Positions 46,840-62,601 of a stretch of DNA of 64,000 bases are shown one piece after another. Under the pieces are notes generated by a model that saw nothing but the letters and a program-made list of their open reading frames with translations, was not told the DNA's origin and made no database searches. Numbering within the stretch: position 1 is the stretch's first letter; every line of letters begins with the position of its first letter. The DNA is taken from assembly GCF_009914755.1 (NCBI RefSeq), contig NC_060934.1, one strand, 5' to 3'. The position numbers were made by a program, and so were the translations under genes. Source of the stretch: the human T2T-CHM13v2.0 reference genome, Homo sapiens.

Positions 46840-48338
46840 GTATATTCTGCTGTTGTCTTGCAAAGCATTCTGTAAATGTTGTTTGTATCTATTTAGTTTA
46901 TGGTGTCATTCAGTTCTTTTGTATACTTGCTTTTTTCTTTTTCTTAGTTAAACCCATTACTAACATAGGAGTGTTGAAGTCTCCAATTATATGTGTGAAT
47001 TTCTCTATTTCTCCTTTCAATTCTGCCCTTTTTTTGTTCCAAGTATTTTGGAGCTCTTTAGTTAGGCATATGTGTATATACTTTTAGGATTTTTGCATCT
47101 TCCTGATGAATTGACCATTTTATTATGTAATGTTCTTCTTTATCCTTGGTAATTTTTTTTTTGCTCTGAAGTGTACTTTGTCTGATACTAGTATATTCAC
47201 CAAAGTACAATTTAGTATTTGCATACTATCTCATTTTTCATTCTTTACTTGTAACCTATCTATACAAGCATATTTGAAATTTATTTCTTGTAAACTGTAT
47301 ATACTGCGATCATGTTTATTTGTTTAATGAATCTGAAAATCTATCTTTTTTATTAAGTTAAAACACATAATATAAATTTTTGCCATATATTTATTTGCAA
47401 ATATAAAATTTGTCATCTTAACCATTTTAAGTCTATAATATACTGTTAACTATATGCACATTGTTGTACAACAAATCTTTAGAACTTATTCATCTTGCAA
47501 AACTGGAATTCTATACTCATCGAACAACAACTCCCCTTTTCCATTTCCTTCCAGCCTCCAGTAAAGACTATTTATTATACTTTCTGTTTCCAAGAGTTTG
47601 ACTACTTTAGATGCCTCATAAAATAGAATCATGTAGGATTTGTCCTGGCAATCTCTGTCTTTTAACTTGTGACTTTAGGCCATTTCTATTTAACTTCATT
47701 ATTGATATGTTTGGATTTAGCTATGCCATATTATTATTTGTTTGATTTCCCCCCTGTTTTGCTTTTTTATTTTTCCCCATTTTCTGCCTTCTTGGATTAT
47801 TTTGATTATTTTTGTATTATCTTTTAATTTACCAAGCATGTTTTTGCTATGTCTCTTGGAATAGATTTGTTTAGTGTTACTTTGAAAATTATAATGAACA
47901 TATTTTACTTTTCACAGGTTAATTAGAATCAATGTTTTATCACTTAAGTGGAATGTAGAAAACCCACAACCATATGTGTCACTTTACCCTCCCCACTTTA
48001 TGTTATAGCTGTCTTTTAGTTTACATTTATATACATTGAAACATTTATTTAATGTTATTATTTTTCTTTTAACTATCAAATGTATTTTAAAGAATTCAAG
48101 AGGATAAGAATAGCCTATTATATTTACCAAGATATTTGCTATTTCTCTCTTATTATCCCTGTTGTACCATTTTCTTTTGGTATCATTTTCTTTCTGTCTG
48201 AAGAACTTCCTTTAGCAATTCCTTTACAGCACATCTGCTAGCAAAATATTCTTAGTTTTCCTTCATCAGTAACACTGTCATTTCACCTTCAATTTTTAAA
48301 GGTTGTTTTGATAACTGTAAAATTTCAAGTTGACAGTT

Positions 48339-48638
<300 letters not shown>

Positions 48639-48669
48639 TCAAGTTGACAGTTATTTTCTTTTTCTTTTT

Positions 48670-49033
<364 letters not shown>

Positions 49034-49082
49034 TGAAAAATATTATGCTATTTCCTTTTGTAGTTTCTGGTTAGAAATCTAC

Positions 49083-49385
49083 AGGAGGCCATTATTCTAA
49101 GTGAATTGATGCAGGAACAGAAAACCAACTACCACATGTTCTCACTTATAAGGGAAGCTAAAAAATGAGTATACATGGACATAAAGATGGGAACAACAGA
49201 CACTGGGAACTACTAGAGTAGGCAGGGTGGGAGGGGGTGAGGGTTGAAGAACTACGTATCAGGTACTATGCTCATTATTTGGGTGATGGGATCATTCATA
49301 CAGCCAATCTCGCTGACACACAATTTACCCATGTAATAAACCTGCACATGTAACCCCAGAAACTAGAAGTTGAAAAAAAACAAAA
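49083..49385 (+). mobile_element. L1PA (old) 3' UTR fragment
   Basis: ggaggccattattctaagtgaa..aacctgcacatgtaacccc followed by an A-tail. Confidence 0.75.
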
Positions 49386-51586
49386 AACACAAATTGTTCT
49401 TTCCTTATAGGTGATGTGCCTATTTTCTGGTTGATTTCAATTATTTTTTCTTTGTCCTCTAGTTTACAGTAATTTGATTATGATTGGTCTAAGCATGAAA
49501 TTTCTTTGAGTTTATCCCATTTGAGATTCACTCATCTTCCTGAATCTATAGGTTTACGTAGTTTCCCAAACTTGGGAATTTTACAGCCATTATCTCTTGA
49601 AATGTACTTTTTAGCACTGTTTTATGCTGTCCTGAGACTCTGATGACAAGAATGTTATACCTTTATTATTTTCCCCCAGGTCTGAGGCTCTGTTCATTTG
49701 CTTTAAATGCTTTTTTTTTTCTGATTTCCAAATTGGATAATTTCTACTGTTCTATTTTCAGTTTCACTTACCACTTAATCTGTCATCTCAATTATGTTTT
49801 TGAGCTCTTTCAATGAGTTTTATATTTCAGTTATTGTATTTTTTAGTTCTATATTTTCATTTGTTTTTCTTTTCATATCATTGCTGAGACCATTTTTCTT
49901 TAAGTTTTAGCATGTCTGCAATTGCTTGTTAGAACACTTTTAAATAGCTGATTTCAAGTATGTGTCAGATAATTCCAACATCTGTGCCATCTCAGTGTTT
50001 GTATCTGTTGTGTCCATTTGCTGAGTAGTTTTGGACTGACGTATCATGTTTTGAGGCTTGAAGTAAAATCATTTGGAGAATGTTGATATATTTATTTTAG
50101 GAAGAAATTGACCTGGTTAAATTTGGGCCAAAAGTTTCATCCCACCTGAAGTGGTTTCCCATCAGCTCAGTGTTCAAAACTTTTAAAGAGCTATTCAGAT
50201 CTGTCCCATTTGTGTATTATCCTGTTGTGGTGTGTGTTCTGGCCAGAAATCTTTCTGTTAGTTCAATTTTCAATGTCTTTGTTATACTGATTAGTGCCAG
50301 ATCCAATCATGTGTAGTTTTGGAGTAAACTTTGGGATTATTTAACATAATGGAGTTTCTTTCCTAAGGTTCTTCATCATTACAGTCTCCTCAGTACATCT
50401 TTTTTCCTTGAGGCTCTTCTTTTAGGTTCTGTAGCCAGAAACATAGAGCCTTAGTTACTCTTCTCTGTTGCTTACTTTTGTGACTGTACCTATGTCCTGG
50501 AGCAACACACAAGAGGACAAGAAGACTGAAAAATGGTAAACTCGCCACTGATTTGGTGGGGCTTTGGATTCTGATCTTCTTTCCAATCCTGCTACTACTA
50601 ATTTTTTAGAGTCCGATAATAGCTGCTCAATATATATTCTATTTCATAGCTGCATTCAGTGGTAGAGACAGTGTGGAATGTGTTTTCTCCATCCTATCTA
50701 AAACTGGTTCCTACAAGTTATTTATTCCTGTATTGTCACGCATCACCTACACCTAATATTGTCCTCCAGTTTTTTAACATCTTATGGTCTCACCTCATTT
50801 TCTTTCTTCCCAAATCAATACTATGTCACTATACTGTTAAGTGACATTTTATATTGTAACTCACTTGCCTAGCCCTGCCCTGAGTTCAAAGATTCAACTC
50901 ACCAAGGCATTTCATAATAGGAAATGCCTGATAACTACTTTTCTACACTAATTACTTAGCACATTAGTAATATAATTAAAGCAAGCTATTATAATTTCCC
51001 ACAGGCATGTTAGTTTCATTGAAAACATTTTCAAGTTGAACTAAACAATGGAAGAAAATATACTCTCTGAAGAATTAATTATCTGTTCATTTATCCCCAT
51101 TGGAGTGACCAGTAGGCCAGGTAATGAACTTATCACTTTCTAGCTTAAGCCCAAATGGGCAGAGAAATTCTGTGGCAGCTCTTTACTTGTGGCGTTAATG
51201 GATGACAGGGGTTTTAGGCAACCCTAGAGAACTCTATCCCCATCTCTGAAAATGTTCTATCACAATTACCACCAACTAGCACTGAAGCCACTTCTGCTCA
51301 TGGCTCTCAGAGCCAGCTGGTACAAAGTAGGCAAAAATAAACTTTCCCTTTCTTCTCTCATGTCTCCAGTCTTTCTATCCCCTACAAGCAGCATGATTAT
51401 AATAAGCACCTCATTTAAGACTGATACGACCTGTGATACAGATTTGCTTATACCCTGCCTTGTTCTTGTATGTAAAACAGCTCATTAGTTCCTCAGCTTC
51501 ATTTCCATTACTGTTAATGTTCTGGAAAAACTAATTTACACTTAGCGAAAGAGAATTAAAATGAGTGTCAGAAGAATGAAATATGA

Positions 51587-51759
51587 CATTGGTTCTCAAA
51601 CTGTGGTCCCTGGACCAGTAGCAATACAGCACCTTGTTATAAATGCAAATTCTTGGACCCTGCATATGGAATTAGAAACTCCTGGGATAGGGCCCAGCAA
51701 TCTGTGATTTCACAAACCTTCCAAGTGGTAGTGATGCATGCCAAATTTGAGAACCACTG
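51587..51759. mobile_element. MER5A (hAT-Charlie) MITE
   Basis: Inverted termini CAtTGGTTCTCAAA and TTTGAGAACCACTG. Confidence 0.85.
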
Positions 51760-52137
51760 CGAGTAGGAAATTAGTTATTGGCTGGCAGTGGCATAATGAG
51801 CAAAAACAGTGCATCCTAGGTGTGGGTTGCTTGTCAAATTGTAAAGACCTATTGAACTGGTTTCCTACCATGCTTGGAAGACAACATGTCACCAGCATCA
51901 AGTGGTGGTGGGGTGGAGAGGGTAGGCAGAGGGTATATGGGTAGGCTGGGTGTGACGGGCTGGCAATGCCAAAACCTCCATTCTATGTCTGCTCTCTCTC
52001 TTGGCCTGGATTTTAATCTCCACAGTCTGCTGGTAACACTTTGGCACTTATCCCCAGTAGCATCTTTCTGGTAAAATCCACTTATCTTTGTTCCTGGCTT
52101 GCCCTCCTTCAGGAGAGCTGGGTGCACTTCACAGACA

Positions 52138-55100
52138 CTTTTTTTTTTTAAAAATTTTTAATTTCTATGGGTATGCAGTAGCTGTAAATACTTATGGGAT
52201 ACATGAAATATTTTGATACAGGCATACAATGTGTAATAATCCCCCCCAAAAGAAATGGAATATCCATTACCTCAAGCACTTATCCTTTGTGTTACAAATC
52301 ATTCATTTATACTCTTTTAGTTATTTTTAAATGTAAAATTAAATTATTATTGACTATAGTGACTCTGGACAAACACACTTTTAAAACCAGACTTCACAAC
52401 TATGGTATCATTCTGTTCTCCGTATATCACTTCGATAACCCACTGAGACTCCTTGGCTGGCTTCTTACCAGTTTTTAACATTATATAAATTTGTATTTAG
52501 CTAGGAATGGATTTTATTAATATAATATATTATAATGACCTAAATTATTATGCCTCATGATGAAAATATACGCTACATTACAATTTGTAATTGAATAGGA
52601 TTAAAATTTTATTACAAGAAAAATTCTTATTTTACTTTAGAGAAATTTTCAGCAAATGGAATGTATTCATGACAACACTGAAATTTTTCATGTGCTCCTG
52701 CATTGGGATTTCTTTCTAAACATCATGGAAATAAAGAATATGAAGGCACAATCAGTTTTCTTGAAAATAGACCACAATTCATTATCAATATAAAGGTTAG
52801 CCTCTGAAAAAACTTCAATATTTTTCTAAAAGTTTCCTTAAAGTTATCAAACAAGAAATGGGTTATTTGAACAATAAAGAGTTGGAGAATATTTTTATTG
52901 TCAGCTCATAACTATCTCTGTACTGTTCTTCCCATTGGAGTTAAGAATTTCTCAACAGTTAGAAAAATTTTTCACATAAATACACTCACAACTCAGATGA
53001 CTGTAACACTTTGTTTTGTAAGATTATGTTTCTGAAGAACACGTAATTTTTTATTTTTTATTTTTTGTAAGGACTTTTATGTCTTGAGATTAAAACTATG
53101 TATCTTTATAATTTGTATGAAAATGTCAGCTTGTATTTAGCATTTATTTTTTCTATTTATCTTTCTTGGGGCATAATTTATATTTAATAAAAAGCACAGT
53201 TTATAAGTTTAAAGTTTGATTAATTTGAAAAATGTATACATATGTGTAGCCACTACTTTAATTAAGATATAGAACATTTCTAAAACTCCAAAAGCTCTCT
53301 TCTTTCTTTCCTCAATTACTGCCTTTTGCCCCAAGAGAAAAACACGGTTCCTGTTTCCACTATCATACAATAGTTTCATCTATTTTAAAACTTCATATAA
53401 TTCAAATCATGCAATATGTACTCTCTGTGTCTAGCTTCTTTGATTCTGCATGTTTTGGAGATGTCTATACCTTTTTGCAAACATTAATAATTGATTTCAT
53501 TTAATTTCTAAGTAGAAATCCATTTCCATGGTGACTAACAATTTGTGGCCATCTTCTTTATACTCATTGGCCTTTTATATACCTTCTTCAATGAAGTATT
53601 GATAGAAATATATTTTCCATTTATTTATTTGGGGTGATTGTTTTCTTCTTATTGAATTGTAAGAGTCCTTCCCATATTCTTGGTACAAGTCCTTTATTAG
53701 ATATGTGTTTTGGAAATATTTTCTCAAAATCTGTTGCTCATCTTTATTTTCTTAAGAATTTTTTGAAAAAACAAACAGTTCTGTAGACTGGCCATCTGGG
53801 TGGTTTTCCAACTGGTCTTACACGAGATTACTCATACAGTTACAGATATCTTACAGCTTGACTGAAACTAAAAGGCCCCAAACAACCCTATTTGCATTCT
53901 GGAAGTTGGTACTAGCTATTATCTGACATGCCTCTCCTCCTCTAGTAAGCTAGGTTGGACTTCTTCACAACATAGAGGTCTCAATGTTCTAAGAGACTGA
54001 AAGCAGACATTGTGATGCCTGTTAAATCCTAGTCTCAGAAATGTTACATCATTTGAGTTGCATATTTTTACCCTTTTTATTGTTCTTTTTTCACTCATGA
54101 TTTTTCAAGTTCCTTTCTGGTATCATTTCCTTCTGTCTGAAGAAATTTCTTTAGCAAGAGTAGAGGAAGAGTAGGTCTGATGGCAACAAAATATCTTAGT
54201 TTTTCTTCATTTGGAAACATATATTTTAAAAATTATAAATTGACAATTTATATTTGTATATACATGAGGTAAAAGGGATGTTATGATTTAAAATACAATG
54301 TGGAATAATTAAATCAAGCTAATTAACATATACCCATCAACTCAAATACTTATTTATTTTGTGATGAGAACATTTGAAATGTATTAGCAATTTTGAAATG
54401 TACAATACACCATTTTTAACTAAATTCACCATGCTGTGCAGTAGTTCTTAAAAAAATCTTATTCCTCCTATCTAACTGAAATTTTGTAACCTTTGACCAT
54501 CATCTCTCCATTTCTGTCTCCACCACTGGCAGACTCTGTAACCACCATTCTAATTTGTGCTTCTATCAGTTTGACTTTTTTAGATTCCACATGTAAGTGA
54601 GATCATGTGGTATTTGTCTTTCTGTGCCTGGCTTATTTCACTTAGCATAATGTTCTACATTTCCATCTATGTTGCTGCAAATGACAGAATATTCTTCTTT
54701 TCGAAGACTGAATGGTATTCCATTGTGTATGTATACCACATTTCTTCATTCACTCATCTGATGATTAACACTTAGGCTGATTTCATAACTTGGCTATTGT
54801 GAACAGTTCTGCAATGAATATGAGAGGGCAGACATCTTGTCAACAAACTGATTTCAAATATTTTGGGTAAATAACCAAAAGAGGGATTGCTAGATCATAT
54901 GGTAAATCTATTTTCAGTTTTTTGAGGAACTGCCATATGGTTTTCCATAATGTCTGTACTAATTTACATTCCCACCAGCAGTATACAAGGATTCCTTTTT
55001 CTGTACTTCCTCACCAACACTTGTATCATTTGTCTTTTTGATCATAGCCATTCTGACAGGTGTAAGATTGTATCTCATTGTGGGTTTAATTTGCATTTTC

Positions 55101-55810
55101 CTAATGATTAGCAATGTTAAGCATTTTTTTCGTATATTCATTGGTCATTTGTAGGTATTCTCATGATAAAGGTCTATTCAGGTCCCTTACCAAATTTTTA
55201 ATTGACTTTTAAATTTTTTTGCTATTGGGTTGTTTGAGTTCCTTATGTATTTTGGATATTAACCCACTATCAAATGTATGACTTGCAAATATTTTTTCTC
55301 AATCTGTAGGTTGTCTCTTCATACTGATACTCGTTTCCTTTGTTGTGCAGAAGCTTTTTAGTTTGAGGTAATGCCATTCATCTTTTCTTGCCAGTGCTTT
55401 GGGGTTTAATACAAAAAATTATTGCCCAGATCAATGTCATGTAGTTTTCCCCATGTGTTTTCTTCAAGTAGTTTTACAGTTTCCAGTCTTACATTTAAGA
55501 CTATAATCCATTTTGAGTTTATTTTCATATATGTTTGAGATAAGGGTTTGATTCATTCTTCTGCATGTGAATATCTAGTTTTTCCAGCACCATTTATTGA
55601 AGATACTATGTTTTCCCACTGTGTATTCTTGGCACATTTGTCAAAATTAATTTACTGTGCATGAGTGAGTTCGTTTCTGGGCTTTCTAGTCTGTTCTGTT
55701 TGTCAGTGTGTCCATTTTTGGTCAGTACCACATTGTCTTATTTGCTATAGCTTTGTGGTAAAGTTTGAAATCAGATAGTGCAATGCCTCCAGCTTTGTTC
55801 TTTTGCTCAT
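52138..55810 (-). mobile_element. L1MA/L1M fragments (52138-52365, 53170-53770, 54225-55810) with a MaLR-like piece
   Basis: Minus-strand ORF2 C-terminal relic KKCLTLLIIRKMQIKPTMRYNLTPVRMA and L1MA-type 3' UTRs. Confidence 0.7.
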
Positions 55811-56630
55811 TGATAGTGATGCTTAAGTAAAACCAAAATTATCCTGGGAATATAAAAAATAATATATCTGTTTACTTTTTGGTGTGGGATGAGTAGAATC
55901 TTGTTTTCAAATTCCTTCTTTGAAAGGCTATTAAGAAGAATAAATCCTCACTTAACAGTTTTCTAATTCCTTGGTGGTATCCTCTGTCCTTTGGTAACAT
56001 GTGAAAGTAGAGCACACTTTTCTATTTTTGTTCCTGCCGCACCCCTCATAAGGTGAAGCATGCATAGAGCACTCCCAGGGTCAGTGTGAGCCCAGCACCA
56101 GCTCAGGCTGCCGATGCTCCAGAGTTGGATTCCACCTTCCCCTTAAATGGCAGCCACAGGTAGACGTGCCCATCACAACCAACTCTGTGCGTTCATAATC
56201 TCTGTTTATCCTACAAGTGGTTTCTACATGAAAAATGGCACAATGTTTCTCAGAAGACAACTACATAAAAATCAGCACACTTAAATTCACAGCAAATAAT
56301 CAATCGATGAAAATACTTACCCAAACACTAATTATAGACTATGCCTTCTGAATATATTTGTCATAAATTTGGAGTAAGGAATCCTCATAGGCACTGAACA
56401 ATTCAAAAAATCCAAAGCTGTTTGTTAGAATACTGGTGCTTTTGGGTAGAAACTCTCATCCATATCCTGGTAAGGTTGAAGTTGCACAGGTGTTTTCATT
56501 TGTCAAAACCCAGAAAATCATATGCTTTAGATTTGTGAATTATGTTGTATTATATGCAATCTTTCTTTTTAAAAATGAGCTGTAAGCGGTCTCCCAGACA
56601 GTAGCTCAGCCTCTAGGACTCTCTTCCAGC

Positions 56631-57245
56631 ATGGCTAAAGACACCTCTTCACACAAGATGGTAGCCACAAATCGCAGGAGCAATCACACCAAATTCACAG
56701 AAGATCAATTGAAAATCCTTATCAATACCTTCAATCAAAAACCTTACCCAGATTATGCTACCAAACAAAAACTTGCTTTAGAAATCAATACAGAAAAGTA
56801 CAGAATCCAGATTTGGTTTCAGAATCAAAGAGCTAGGAATGGATTCCAGAAAAGACCAGAACCTGAGACTTTAGATTCAAGCCAGAGCCATGGGCAAGAT
56901 CAACCTGGGGTGGAATTTCAAAGTAGAGAAGCCAGACGGTGTCATACCACCTACAGCGCCTCTCAATTACACACTCTCATCAAGGCATTTATGAAAAATC
57001 CATACCCTGGGATTGATTCCAGAGAACAACTTGCTGAAGAAATTGGTGCTCCAGAGTCAAGAGTCCAAATTTGGCTCCAAAAATTGAAGATCTAGATTTC
57101 ATCTCCAGAGAAAAGGGAACCTGTTATGTCCTTAGAACAAGAAGACCAGGGGCAAGATTTCTGAGGGACTTCAAGGTACAGAAGATACACAAAATGGCAC
57201 CAACCTCACTAGCACTCTCATTTCTCTAGAGCCAGAACATGGTGA
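56631..57245 (+). pseudogene. DUXAP4: DUXA (double homeobox A) processed pseudogene; residual ORF 56631-57095 (154 aa)
   Basis: Intronless. MAKDTSSHKMV..KFTEDQLKILINTFNQKPYP..IQIWFQNQRAR (HD1) and TTYSASQLHTLIKAFMKNPYPGIDSRE..VQIW (HD2). A +1 frameshift falls in HD2 helix 3; similarity continues to the TGA at 57243-57245. The DUXA parent is confident; the pseudogene number is from memory (DUXAP3 and DUXAP4 both map to 10q11.21). Confidence 0.9.
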
Positions 57246-57368
57246 ACACAGTCAAGTTCAGTGTATTTGATATTATCAACTTGGGCCCTAAATCTCTCTC
57301 ACAGTCTTCCTGGAGTCTATCCTTCTGCTGAAAGTGCAAGGTAAGCCTTCTGAAAATGGTAAAGGACT

Positions 57369-57510
57369 TGGCCGGGTGTGGTGGCTCACGCTTGTAATCT
57401 CAGCACTTTGGGAGGCTGAGGCAGGAAGATTGCTTGAGCCCAGGAGTTTGAAACCAGTCTGGGCAGCATAGTAAGACCCTGTCTCTATTATAAAAAACAA
57501 AATAAATAAA
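57369..57510 (+). mobile_element. Alu left monomer (FLAM-like) downstream of the DUXA CDS; a second fragment at 58111-58199
   Basis: GGCCGGGTGTGGTGGCTCACG start, one arm, then an A-rich tail. Confidence 0.85.
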
Positions 57511-58522
57511 AAGGACTGTAGGAGGCCGAGACAGGTACAGGAGGCACCACACTACCCTATTGACACAGCCTGGATCCAGAGTTCGGCAGACTTTGAGACA
57601 ATGAAAATAAACTTAGTAATAATCATTTTTCAATCATTGCAGTAATTATTGATTTGGATAAAAATCAGTTGACATCAAAACCTTAAAGTGACACTGCTCT
57701 GCCTATGGAGTAGCCATTCTTTTATTCCTTTAGTTTCTTAATAAATTTTCTTTCACTTAAAAAAAACCTTATAGTTCGATGAAGAATGAGATATATACCT
57801 CATCTTGAAGAATCTTCTCAAACACACTTATTAATTACAAAAGGAAAATCAGTAATTTTGCAGTGAAGAAATATGGCCAACTCCACCTTAACCAAGTGGC
57901 TGAAAGTCACTGCACCAGTAATGGCACAAACCAACATGAGATGCTTCCTGATATGATACACTAAAAAGGGCACAGTCTCTTCTGCATATTGCTGACAGAA
58001 AGTGGGTAAGCTGAAACTGAAACTAATAATTAGGCAATGTCAAGCAAACACAAATTCAGGTTGACAGTCTGCAAAGTAACATCCATGTACTCTTCAACAA
58101 TGGACTGATCCTAGCTCAGGAGGCTGAGGCGGGAGGATTGCTTGAGGCCAGGAGTTCCAGATCAGCCTGGGCAACATGATGAGATCCCATCTCTACAAAC
58201 ATCACTGACTACACTGTGCTCTGCCCAGGGATCAGACCTCGAGTGCTGTCCTTGGAGTACCCAGCACTGGCTGAATGCTCTTCTATGCCCGGTTCATGTA
58301 AGGCTGGGGAGCAATGACAATTTTAGTGAATCCACATGCTCTGACTACATTTCATTTCACCAATGAAAGTCATTTTCTAATATTAATTATGCCACTTGAA
58401 AGTTACTTGTTTCACTAATGAAAACCCATTTTTGACATTCAATATGTTCATTTGCAAAACATTAAAACAATTTTTTATAAATTTATCTATTGTTATTTTT
58501 TAAATTCTGGTTAAATATATGA

Positions 58523-58903
<381 letters not shown>

Positions 58904-59639
58904 TAGTAACTGCCCATTCTCTCCTCCCCCGAACCCCTGGCAATCATCATTCTACTTTCTGTCTATAAAGTTGATGATTTTCACTACTTCATTAAGTGGA
59001 ATCAGACAATACTTGGCCTTTTGTGATTGTCCCACTTTACTTGGCATAATGTCCTCAAGGTTCATCCCAAGAGGTGTGAGACGAGGCTTTTTCTAGCCCC
59101 CTTCTTCCTCCAGATCTAAATAATTTCATGCAGCTTTTAGATGGATTAGAAACATAATTTTACTATGGTAAACACAAAATAGTTTTAAGAGAAAAATGGA
59201 CCTGATGTCTACCATCAAAAACAACAGCTTAACCAAAAACAATACCAGGATCAAAAGTCAGGGTTTAGGCTGTACCATCTTCATTGTCTGAATTAAAGAA
59301 ATTCATTCACATTGTGGCACATATTATAATTTTCTACCTTTTTAATGCTGAATTCCTTCACATGTATATACCACCTTTTTTTATGCACTCATCCTTTGAT
59401 GAACACTTGAGTTGCTCTATGTTTTGGCTAATTGTGAATAGAGCTGCTATGAACATGGATGTTTGAATATCTCTTTGTGACCCTGCTTTCAACTCATTTG
59501 GGGAAATGTCCAGAAGTGGAATGACTGGGTCACGTGGTAATTTAATTTTAATTTTTTGAGGAGCTGCCCTATTGACTTGCAAAATATGAATTTTTGATGG
59601 CAATAAGGATAACAGATGAACTTACATTTGTTGCCCCAG

Positions 59640-60011
59640 TGTATTAGTCTGTTTTCACACTGCTATACAGAACTACTTGAGACTGGGTAATTTATATGAA
59701 GAAAAGAGGTTTAATTGACTCATGGTTCTTCAGGCTTAACAGGAAGCATGACTAGGAGGCCTCAGGAAATTTACAATCATGTGGGAGGAATAGGGGAAGC
59801 AAGCACATCTTACTACTGCGGAGCAGGAAGTGAAGGGGAAAGTGCCACACAATTTCAAACAACCAGGTTTCAGGAGAACTCACTATCACAAGAAGAGCAA
59901 GAGGGAAATCAGCCCCCATGATCCAATCACCTCCCACCAGGCCCCTCCCCCAACACATGGGGTTACATTCAAGATGAGATTTCAGTGGGGACACAGAGCC
60001 AAGCTGTATCA
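59640..60011 (-). mobile_element. MST/THE1-type MaLR solo LTR
   Basis: tgtattagtctgttttcacactgctata..gggacacagagccaagctgtatca. Imperfect TSD CCCAG/CCCAA. Confidence 0.88.
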
Positions 60012-60544
60012 CCCAATGTGTGGCCCTTTCTGATTAAGTACTGCTGACCGCCTCTGGGCTGCGCATTCTAGAGAGCAGGTGAGAGATGATTATCCCTAGA
60101 ATGCAAGCATAAACTCATTGCCCTTACATAACATCCCAGCCATTGTACTGAGCTATTACAGCTGTAACTCACAGCCAGATGATGCCCTGAATTCCCAGAC
60201 AGATCAGGAAGCTCTTTAAGGATAGAGAACAAGTCTAGTATTTCTTTATTTTCCTTTGCTTTGTGATAGTTACTCATTTAAATGTGTCAGAGAGGTAAGA
60301 AAGAGATCTGACTCAGACCGAAAATCCAAATTCTGGTATTGTGTCTTTTCTTTCTCATACAGAGGATTCTTGCACAAGCTGACCATTTCCTTATCCTCGC
60401 AACAGCAGAAGTCTCCTACTGAATGAACTGACTGAAGGAGGATTTGTGTGGGATAATACAGCTGAAAGCTCCTGTTCATCTCCCATGTATGGGTATTATC
60501 ATTTACTGGTTGGTGGTTTTCTGAGAGAGATGGGACTTCTTACT

Positions 60545-60850
60545 TTTATTTTATTTATTTATTTAAGTAGAGACAGGATCTCGCTGTGTTGCCCAGGCTA
60601 GAGTTCAGTGATGCCATTGTGGCTCATGGCAGCATTGAACTCCTGGGCTTGAGCTGTCCTCCCACCTTAGCCTCCTGAATAGCTGAGACTACAGAGCATG
60701 CCACCATGCCCAGCAAATTTTTCTACTTTTTGTAGAGATGGGGCCTCACTATGTTGCCCAGGCTGTTCTCAAACACCTGGCCTCAAGTGATCCTCTTGCC
60801 TTGGCCTCCCAAAGTGTTGAGATTATAGGCATGAGTCACCGCACCTGGCC
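60545..60850 (-). mobile_element. AluJ
   Basis: Diverged dimeric Alu with a (TTTA)n tail. Confidence 0.85.
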
Positions 60851-61189
60851 AGGACCTCCTGGTTTCAGGATTTGCATCCAGCTGCAGCTGTCCGCCAAGC
60901 ACCTGGGCTATTCCTCCATGTAGTGAAAAGTGGGGCACAAGCTCTTCATTGGTCATTTTGCTGCTGCAGAAGTCCTCACCCTGTTCTCTTTTAAGTCTCT
61001 CTTCTTTCTCAGGTCTGATCATGCAATTCGATTGGGGTAGGGGAGGGGAGGAGAGGGAAAGGAAGTAGGAGGTCAAGGAGGCAGGTGAAGTTTCCTTTCC
61101 TCTTTGAATTTTAAGATGGCCGATCAAACTGCCACCTCCACCTGCCTCTGTTGCTCGGCTTCATCTTACTCTCCAATTAATAATGGTTC

Positions 61190-61808
<619 letters not shown>

Positions 61809-61809
61809 C

Positions 61810-61811
<2 letters not shown>

Positions 61812-61863
<52 letters not shown>

Positions 61864-61873
61864 ACACACACAC
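61812..61873. repeat. Compound (TC)n(CA)n microsatellite
   Basis: Seen directly, at the position of the Alu tail. Confidence 0.95.
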
Positions 61874-62271
61874 CTCCAACAAAATGATTGTAATCAGTAC
61901 TTAAGCTTGTATTAGATCAAATGACAGAAACCTGAACATTTGGCCCTGCAGACTGCAGGCTCACACTGAGGTCTGCTTGCAGGGACTCTGGCTAGGATTT
62001 TCTGGAAAGAAAAAAATAAGCCATCTCATTTTTGTTTTTAATTAACGCAGTCACCAGTTTTTCATTCCAAAGTGTCACAAGCAGGAAATCAAAGAAGGTC
62101 TTGTATAAATAATAAGAAAAAGAGGTTCTATTAGCAATGGAAAGCATTTTCAAGGAGAGCTCGATAGAGCGCTGATAGTCTCCACGCTCCCTTCAGGTGA
62201 AACCTCTCAAAAATCATAACATAAATTATAGATATGTCCAAGGCTTTTTAGGATAAGATATTAAAAGCCTA

Positions 62272-62601
<330 letters not shown>

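Noticed and set aside
56297-56305. TAATCAATC as a DUX-binding site upstream of the DUXA pseudogene
   Set aside because: Imperfect match in AT-rich DNA; expected by chance.
60890-60925. MEE..AQVL similarity to CEP164 AMEEAVAQVL
   Set aside because: Not collinear with neighbouring hits and needs a frameshift; likely chance.
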